Shown: piece after piece, positions 58,361 through 64,000 of the stretch
Position numbering within the stretch: the first letter of the stretch is position 1
Layout: every line of letters starts with the position of its first letter
Origin: Candidatus Eremiobacteria bacterium
GTDB lineage: Bacteria > Vulcanimicrobiota > Vulcanimicrobiia > Vulcanimicrobiales > Vulcanimicrobiaceae
Length of the DNA stretch: 64,000 bases
Direction: 5' to 3'
Assembly (NCBI GenBank): GCA_963737065.1
Contig: CAVTRC010000001.1
Location: 96,001-160,000, forward strand
Notes under the pieces: model-generated
What the model saw: the letters and a program-made list of their open reading frames with translations, nothing else
Databases searched by the model: none
What the model was told of the DNA's origin: nothing
Translations under genes and position numbers: made by a program

Positions 58361-58809
58361 TGCCGGCTCTCATACGGCCACGGCATCCCGATCGTGCCGG
58401 CAAGCCGCCGTTCTTCGCGCTCCATTACATTGCGCTCTCTGCTTTTCATGTGATCGTGTCCGAGCACGTGCAGCAGGCCGTGAATGAGCAACCGATAGAT
58501 CTCGCGCTGCACCGGCGCATCGTAATCGGCGGCCTGACGGCGAGCAGTGTCGATGCTGATCACGATATCACCGAGCAATCGTTCTTGCGAGAACGGTTCG
58601 GGTTCAAGGGGAAAGCTCAGCACGTCGGTCGCCGTGTCTTTGCCGCGGTGCTCGCGATTGATCTCGCGAATCGCCTCATCATCGACGATCGTTACCGAAA
58701 TCGTGGATTCCGGTTCACCAACCGCGTTCAACAACGTGCGCATCGTGGCTTTGAGCGCACGCGCATCGACACGGCTGCCGCGCACGTCATTCCGATAGTG
58801 GACGTGCAT
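58357..58809 (-). CDS. ybeY: rRNA maturation RNase YbeY
   Basis: RGKD.ATDVLSFP, LGDIVIS, HGLLHVLGHDH. Confidence 0.96.
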   Translation of the reverse strand: MHVHYRNDVRGSRVDARALKATMRTLLNAVGEPESTISVTIVDDEAIREINREHRGKDTATDVLSFPLEPEPFSQERLLGDIVISIDTARRQAADYDAPVQREIYRLLIHGLLHVLGHDHMKSRERNVMEREERRLAGTIGMPWPYESRQ

Positions 58810-59740
58810 ACGCGCGGATAATGTGCGCAACGAGCGGATGACGAACGACGTCGCTCTCGGTGAGCTCGACGACCCCGATGTCGTCGAGCCGCTCCAGCCG
58901 TCCCGCCGCATCGCGCAAGCCGCTGCGCGCGCCCGACGGCAGATCGATTTGCGTCACGTCACCGTTGACGACCATCTTCGAACCGGTCCCCAACCGCGTG
59001 AGAAACATCTTTAGTTGATCGGACGTGGCGTTTTGCGCTTCATCGAGGATGATGAACGCGTCGTTGAGCGTGCGTCCGCGCATGTACGCGAGCGGGGCGA
59101 CTTCAATCGTCGCGCGCTCGAGATACTTTGCGACCACGGTGCCGTCGAGCAAGTCTTCAAGCGCATCGTAGAGCGGACGTAGATACGGGTCGACTTTCTC
59201 TCGCAGATCGCCAGGGAGAAAGCCGAGTTTTTCTCCGGCTTCAACGGCGGGACGCGAGAGGATCACCCGCGAGACGTCGCGATTTTTCAGCGCTCGCACG
59301 GCCATGACGACGGCCAGAAACGTTTTACCGGTTCCGGCGGGACCGATGCCGATCGTTAATGTATTGTGATCGATGGAACGCACGAACGCGCGTTGACCCG
59401 CGGTTTTCGGCCGGATCTCTTTGCCGCGATGATTGCGCAGCAACGTTCCCGGCAACTTGCGCCCGCCGGGCGCTTCACGCACGTCCGACACGGCAAGCGC
59501 AACGTCATCCGGTGTGATTTGCGCGCCTTCTACCGCTGCATCGAGCATGCGGCGCACGGCGTGTTCCGCGCGATCGACGTTCTCTTGTTCGCCTGCAAGC
59601 AGCAACCGGTTTCCGTCGGCGCGCACCCTGACGTCGAGGCGGTCCTCGAGCGCCGAGAGATTTTGATCGAGTTGTCCGAAGAGCCGGACGTGGTCGGTTA
59701 ATTCACTCAGATCGACGGTTCGCTGTGCCGTGGACTCCAG
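58787..59740 (-). CDS. phoH: PhoH family protein (probable CTG start)
   Basis: GPAGTGKT, RPAVEAGEKLGFLPG, YMRGRT, LDEAQN; in-frame N-terminal LFGQLDQNL extends to CTG 59740 with AGGAG. Confidence 0.95.
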   Translation of the reverse strand: MESTAQRTVDLSELTDHVRLFGQLDQNLSALEDRLDVRVRADGNRLLLAGEQENVDRAEHAVRRMLDAAVEGAQITPDDVALAVSDVREAPGGRKLPGTLLRNHRGKEIRPKTAGQRAFVRSIDHNTLTIGIGPAGTGKTFLAVVMAVRALKNRDVSRVILSRPAVEAGEKLGFLPGDLREKVDPYLRPLYDALEDLLDGTVVAKYLERATIEVAPLAYMRGRTLNDAFIILDEAQNATSDQLKMFLTRLGTGSKMVVNGDVTQIDLPSGARSGLRDAAGRLERLDDIGVVELTESDVVRHPLVAHIIRAYARPLSE

Positions 59741-60165
59741 GTTGATTGCTCCTGCAAAGCTTTGGGCGGTCCGAGAACCTCAGCCGCGATGACGGTACGC
59801 ACCAGGTTCCCTCGTTCGAACATACCACGAAAGCCACCCGTTCCATGCGCAGGCTCCGGCAGGAGCATCGGCGCCGCCATCGCAGGCGGTGGTGCGACAA
59901 CCGGCGGCGCCACCACGCTGGGCGCTTCCGCCGGTGCTGCTTGCGCTTGCTGCACAGCGGGCTGCGTGAACCATTGGCGCTGCGGAACCGGCTGTTGCGC
60001 TCGAGACTGACGTACGGGGACCGCTTCCGCACGACGCGACTGGATTGTCTGTACGGAGCGTCTAGCTTTTCGCGCGTTCGATACGATGCTGCCGATCCCG
60101 CCGATGACGAGCAAGACGATCCAGATGAGCGTCTCCGGATGAATCGCCGCGAGAATCGGCGTCAT
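59707..60165 (-). CDS. YqfB-like membrane-anchored hypothetical protein
   Basis: N-terminal TM; C-terminal [10 protein letters not shown]; follows floA. Confidence 0.7.
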   Translation of the reverse strand: MTPILAAIHPETLIWIVLLVIGGIGSIVSNARKARRSVQTIQSRRAEAVPVRQSRAQQPVPQRQWFTQPAVQQAQAAPAEAPSVVAPPVVAPPPAMAAPMLLPEPAHGTGGFRGMFERGNLVRTVIAAEVLGPPKALQEQSTWSPRHSEPSI

Positions 60166-61169
60166 CGAGTACCCGGCGGCTGCGGCGGACTCTCGGGAGG
60201 CTTTTCGCCGTCGACGCCTCCGCCGATCGCATCGCGCATCGTCGTATCGGCCTGAATGTTCTTCAACCGATAGTAATCCATCACGCCCAGATTACCGCTT
60301 TTGAATGCACCCGCAATTGCGAGCGGAATCGCGGCTTCGGCTTCGACGACCCTCGCACGCATTGCTTGTGTCTGCGCCTTCTGCTCTTGTTCCGATGCGA
60401 TCGCCGCATATTGACGTTCCGAGGCTTTCGCTTGCGCGATGCGGCGGTCGGCTTCCGCTTGCGACGTCTGCAACTCCGCGCCGATGTTCTTGCCGACGTC
60501 GACATCCGCGATGTCGATCGATACGATTTCAAAGGCGGTTCCCGCGTCCAGTCCCTTCGTGAGCACCGTCTTCGAGATACGATCCGGGTATTCGAGTACT
60601 TCTTTGTGATCGATCGCGGCACCGACGGCTGAGACGACGCCTTCACCGACGCGCGCGATAATCGTCTGCTCGCCGGCACCGCCGACGTAGCGGTCGAGAT
60701 TGCTGCGCACCGTCACACGCGCCTTGACGTTCAACTGAATGCCGTTTTGGGCGACGCCTTGAAAAACCGGCGTTTCGATCACCTTCGGAACGACGGATGT
60801 TTGCAAGGCTTCGACGACGTTGCGGCCCGCGAGATCGATCGCTGCCGCGCGCTGCCACTCGAGCGGAATCTGCGCACGCTGCGCGGCGATCATCGCAAGC
60901 GTGACGTTTTCCACGTTACCGCCCGCGAGGTAATGCGACTGCATTTGGTCGACGGTGAGGTCCAAGCCGGCTTTGCGAGCGCGGACGTAGTTGGTAACGA
61001 TAACGCCGGGCGGAATGCGAATCAAGCGCATGCGCAGCAGCGATATGATGCTGAGCGGTACGCCGGCCGCAATCGTGCTGATCCACAGACCGATCGGAAA
61101 ATAGTAGAGAAACGTGAAAAAGAGAATGACGGCGACAAAGAAGATTACCGCCGCGCTCACTGCAACCAC
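60162..61169 (-). CDS. floA: Flotillin-like protein FloA (YqfA)
   Basis: [50 protein letters not shown]. Confidence 0.95.
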   Translation of the reverse strand: MVAVSAAVIFFVAVILFFTFLYYFPIGLWISTIAAGVPLSIISLLRMRLIRIPPGVIVTNYVRARKAGLDLTVDQMQSHYLAGGNVENVTLAMIAAQRAQIPLEWQRAAAIDLAGRNVVEALQTSVVPKVIETPVFQGVAQNGIQLNVKARVTVRSNLDRYVGGAGEQTIIARVGEGVVSAVGAAIDHKEVLEYPDRISKTVLTKGLDAGTAFEIVSIDIADVDVGKNIGAELQTSQAEADRRIAQAKASERQYAAIASEQEQKAQTQAMRARVVEAEAAIPLAIAGAFKSGNLGVMDYYRLKNIQADTTMRDAIGGGVDGEKPPESPPQPPGTR

Positions 61170-61184
61170 CGTGTTTCCAACCTT

Positions 61185-61242
61185 CCTTTTTAGTCCTGAG
61201 CGTAGTCGAAGGGCCTTTTTAGTGCTGAGCCATATCAAAGGC
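61185..61242. repeat. Degenerate 2x29 bp tandem of CTGAGC-N4-TCGAAGG motif
   Basis: CCTTTTTAGTCCTGAGCGTAGTCGAAGGG followed by CCTTTTTAGTGCTGAGCCATATCAAAGGC. Confidence 0.6.
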
Positions 61243-62562
61243 TCATTTATAGCTCGGGAGAGTTACGGGCTCCACGAATATGCGCGCACCTTCGACGCGC
61301 GTGACGCGAACCGGCGTCCCTGCCGGAATGAATTCCCCTTCGGTCAACACATCGACACGCCGCCCGTCGATCGACACGATACCCGCGGGACGAAGATACG
61401 ACGATGCGGTGCCGACCGCACCGCGCAGCGCCGTGAAGTCGGTGCTCGTGACGTAGTCGGGACCTTGCGCGGCGACGAGCGTCAGTTTGTGCATCCACGC
61501 GTTTTCCGGGAACACCCGGGTGAAGAATGCGAACGCGATGACGGTGAGGATGATTGCCGTCGAAACGCTTTCGATCGCGACGAAGAAAAACGGCACGCCG
61601 AACGCGAGCAGCACCGCTGCCAGTAAGGCAAGTGCGCCGAGTATGCCGGGAGCACCATGTCCGGGCACGACGTGCAATTCCCAGAGAATGCCGATCAAGC
61701 CGAGGAGCGCGAGCGCAATAACCAGCCCATTGGAGAATCCCGCGTACACGTGCGATCCGAAGAACAGCGCGAGTGCGGCAACGCCAACCGTTCCCGCGAT
61801 GCCGTGGAGTGTTTGCATCTCGAGGATGAGTCCGAGCGTGCCGAGCGTGAGTAACAGCGTGCTGACGGCCGGGTTGGTCGCGAATCGCGCGAGATCTTCG
61901 GCCCACGTGTACTGCGGCGCGATGCGCGGCGCATCGGCGAGATGCTGTGCTGCAAGCGCTGCATCGAGCGTCGGCGCTTGCGCCTGCGCAATGCCCGAAC
62001 GCAACGCATCGGACGTATTGAGCGTGAGGTATTGATTCGTCCCTTTATATTCGGGAACGGAAACGCTCGGATCGACCATCGCAGCCGCAAGCGTGGGATT
62101 ACGGTGCGTACGCTGCGCGGTCGATTCAAAATCCGCTTTCACGGCGGAGACGATTTCGCGGTCTGTCGGATGCGGTTGCGCGGCGCCGATCGATGCTCCC
62201 GGCGCCATGATAAGCGTATTCGATGCGAGTGAAATCAATGCAGCCGATGAATTCGCGCGGCTCGAGATGTACGCGATCACGGGTACTTTCGACGTGTAGA
62301 GCGCGTCCTTGATCGCGAACGCATCCTGTAACAAACCGCCCGTGCTGTTAACGTCGAGCACAAGCGCGCGCGCGTGATCGTCGTTCGCCGTGGCGACCGC
62401 CCGTTGAACCAAGTGTGCCATGCCGTCGTCGACGACGCCTTTGATCGGAACGATCACAATCGGCGCACCGGTCTCGGCGGCGCGCGCAAACGCGCCGAGC
62501 CCGTAACCGGTCAGGCCGAACCCGACCAGCGCGAGTGCGACCCAAGCGCGTAGAGTCCTCAT
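61243..62562 (-). CDS. NfeD family protein (YqeZ-like)
   Basis: ClpP-like N domain, TM bundle, LRPAG...[14 protein letters not shown]. Confidence 0.92.
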   Translation of the reverse strand: MRTLRAWVALALVGFGLTGYGLGAFARAAETGAPIVIVPIKGVVDDGMAHLVQRAVATANDDHARALVLDVNSTGGLLQDAFAIKDALYTSKVPVIAYISSRANSSAALISLASNTLIMAPGASIGAAQPHPTDREIVSAVKADFESTAQRTHRNPTLAAAMVDPSVSVPEYKGTNQYLTLNTSDALRSGIAQAQAPTLDAALAAQHLADAPRIAPQYTWAEDLARFATNPAVSTLLLTLGTLGLILEMQTLHGIAGTVGVAALALFFGSHVYAGFSNGLVIALALLGLIGILWELHVVPGHGAPGILGALALLAAVLLAFGVPFFFVAIESVSTAIILTVIAFAFFTRVFPENAWMHKLTLVAAQGPDYVTSTDFTALRGAVGTASSYLRPAGIVSIDGRRVDVLTEGEFIPAGTPVRVTRVEGARIFVEPVTLPSYK

Positions 62563-62620
62563 ATTTCGTGCTACCTTCGGCGCATCTGAAGGTTGCAACC
62601 TCGATGCAAACGAGCCCGGC

Positions 62621-63064
62621 TTAGCCGAGCTCTTGTTTCACGATCTCGCTGATCAGCTTGCCGTCTGCGACGCCGCGAAGTTGTGCGATCGCCGCTTTCA
62701 TGACGGAACCTTGGTTGACGGCCCCGTCGGGCAGTTCCGCAATAATCGTTTTGACCGTCGCCCGCACCTCGTCCGGCGATTTCTGTGCCGGCAAGTACAC
62801 CAACAAAATGTCTCGCTCCGCGCGTTCTTTGTCGGCCAGATCTTGACGGCGCGCTTTCTCAAACTCGGCGAGCGAGTCGTTCCGTTGCTTTACGAGCTTC
62901 TGCACGACGACGAGCTCATCGGCATCCGAAAGTTCACTGCCGGCTTCCGTCCGCTTGTACGTAAAGCCGGAAAGCGCTGAACGGAGCGTATCGAGGCGGA
63001 TTTGGTCGCGTGCCTTCATCGCCTCCTTGAGATCGGAGGAAATGCGGTCTTTCAACGCACCCAT
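62621..63064 (-). CDS. yqeY: GatB/YqeY domain protein
   Basis: LK.AMKARD, KQR.DS..EF.KA.R.DLA.KE, YLP.Q, ADGK. Confidence 0.93.
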   Translation of the reverse strand: MGALKDRISSDLKEAMKARDQIRLDTLRSALSGFTYKRTEAGSELSDADELVVVQKLVKQRNDSLAEFEKARRQDLADKERAERDILLVYLPAQKSPDEVRATVKTIIAELPDGAVNQGSVMKAAIAQLRGVADGKLISEIVKQELG

Positions 63065-63067
63065 GAA

Positions 63068-63238
63068 CTACGCGCGGCGTTTGCGAGCCGCCGCGGATTT
63101 CTTCTTGCGGCGCACGCTGGGTTTCTCGTAGTGTTCGTGCTTGCGCGCCTCGGCGAGAATCCCCGCCTTTTGGGTGGCCTTTTTGAAACGGCGCAGCGCG
63201 CTTTCGATCGATTCGCCTGGAGCTACGCGAACTTCCAT
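63068..63238 (-). CDS. rpsU: 30S ribosomal protein S21
   Basis: [12 protein letters not shown]...[22 protein letters not shown]. Confidence 0.98.
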   Translation of the reverse strand: MEVRVAPGESIESALRRFKKATQKAGILAEARKHEHYEKPSVRRKKKSAAARKRRA

Positions 63239-63278
63239 CGTTATATTGACCCCCCTTTCGCGCCATGCGAAGCACGGC

Positions 63279-63310
63279 AAAAAATTCTACCGGGCTCGGG
63301 GAGCCCGGTA
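63279..63310 (-). terminator. Hairpin with U-tract between hit and rpsU
   Basis: TACCGGGCTC-CCC-GAGCCCGGTA then GAATTTTTT. Confidence 0.55.
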
Positions 63311-63326
63311 CCTGCCGTACTCTATC

Positions 63327-63665
63327 TTATCCCGGCGGCCATGTCAAATGACGCCCAGCGAGCACGTGCACGTGCGCGTGATCGACGGTCTGCCCACCAT
63401 CCGGTCCAGTATTGACGACGAGCCGATAGCCGTTGCTTGCGCGTTCGCGTGCAAGCCGCGCGGCCGTCGCAATCAGTTTTCCGATCAACGCAGCATCGCT
63501 CTCCGGCGAGAATTCTCCAATGTTGGCAATGTGGCGAACGGGCATGACGAGCAGATGCGTCGGCGCCTGCGGGTGTACATCGGCGATCGCGATGACGTCG
63601 CCGTCACGATAGAGCGTCTCTGCCGGAATTTCGCCCGCAATGATTTTGCAAAAAATGCAATCCAC
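63327..63665 (-). CDS. Histidine triad nucleotide-binding protein
   Basis: DCIFCKI, PQAPTH, GGQTVDHAHVH, WPPG. Confidence 0.95.
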   Translation of the reverse strand: MDCIFCKIIAGEIPAETLYRDGDVIAIADVHPQAPTHLLVMPVRHIANIGEFSPESDAALIGKLIATAARLARERASNGYRLVVNTGPDGGQTVDHAHVHVLAGRHLTWPPG

Positions 63666-63675
63666 TCGCTCGCTC

Positions 63676-64000
63676 CTATTTGATGACGAACGTCCAGGAC
63701 TTGGTGGTGGTATTCCCGGCCCGGTCGCCGACACGCACGGTGACGCGTATTTGTCCCGCGGGATACGTGTACTCGGGCATATATTGCACGTAACGCTCGG
63801 TGCGCACGGTGTTGGCCGTAACGTCGCGTCCGTTCACCCAAAGAATGATGCTGGAGGGATTCACGGGCACCGCTTCCGTTGCGAACGTGGCATAGATTGC
63901 GGGGCGGTTCGTGTTCACGACGGCATTTTGGTCGGGCGCAAAATCGTTGATCCCCGGGGGACTGCCGGCAACGGAAAGCGTACGCGGAGCCTGCGCGTCG
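63676..64000 (-). CDS. C-terminal part of secreted protein with Ig-like domain (5' outside window)
   Basis: VNGRDVT...VTVRVGDRAGNTTTKSWTF. Confidence 0.65.
   Translation of the reverse strand, partial: DAQAPRTLSVAGSPPGINDFAPDQNAVVNTNRPAIYATFATEAVPVNPSSIILWVNGRDVTANTVRTERYVQYMPEYTYPAGQIRVTVRVGDRAGNTTTKSWTFVIK

Overview
GC-rich bacterial chromosome segment. Gene content and style suggest Ca. Eremiobacterota/Vulcanimicrobiota, which is inference only. Most of it is housekeeping: the yceD-rpmF-fabH-fabD-fabG-acpP-ffh-rpsP-khpA-rimM cluster (no plsX); rnpB; 9 tRNAs; rapZ-yvcK; cbs-cystathionine lyase; aroA; tadA; and the hit-rpsU-yqeY-nfeD-floA-phoH-ybeY-dgkA-CNNM-cdd-recO-ruvX-mltG run. Many secreted or lipoprotein hypotheticals are interspersed. 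No integrase, transposase or CRISPR array was seen. The best leads are: (1) a lytic transglycosylase operon with two small paralogous helical proteins resembling T3SS needle/rod (axial filament) subunits; (2) a perfect 3x66 bp structured repeat rich in CAGGACG hairpin loops (CsrA-site-like) in front of fabH; (3) a LAL regulator with two identically spaced 18 bp operators ahead of DUF5069 and a double-cupredoxin gene; (4) a Cyc2-like cytochrome-porin plus YceI operon under a DtxR/MntR-like box; (5) a covarying two-hairpin motif upstream of two ribosomal protein genes; (6) several apparent non-canonical start codons. The frameshifts clustered at 34.9-39.4 kb, and those in yvcK and tadA, look like assembly indels.
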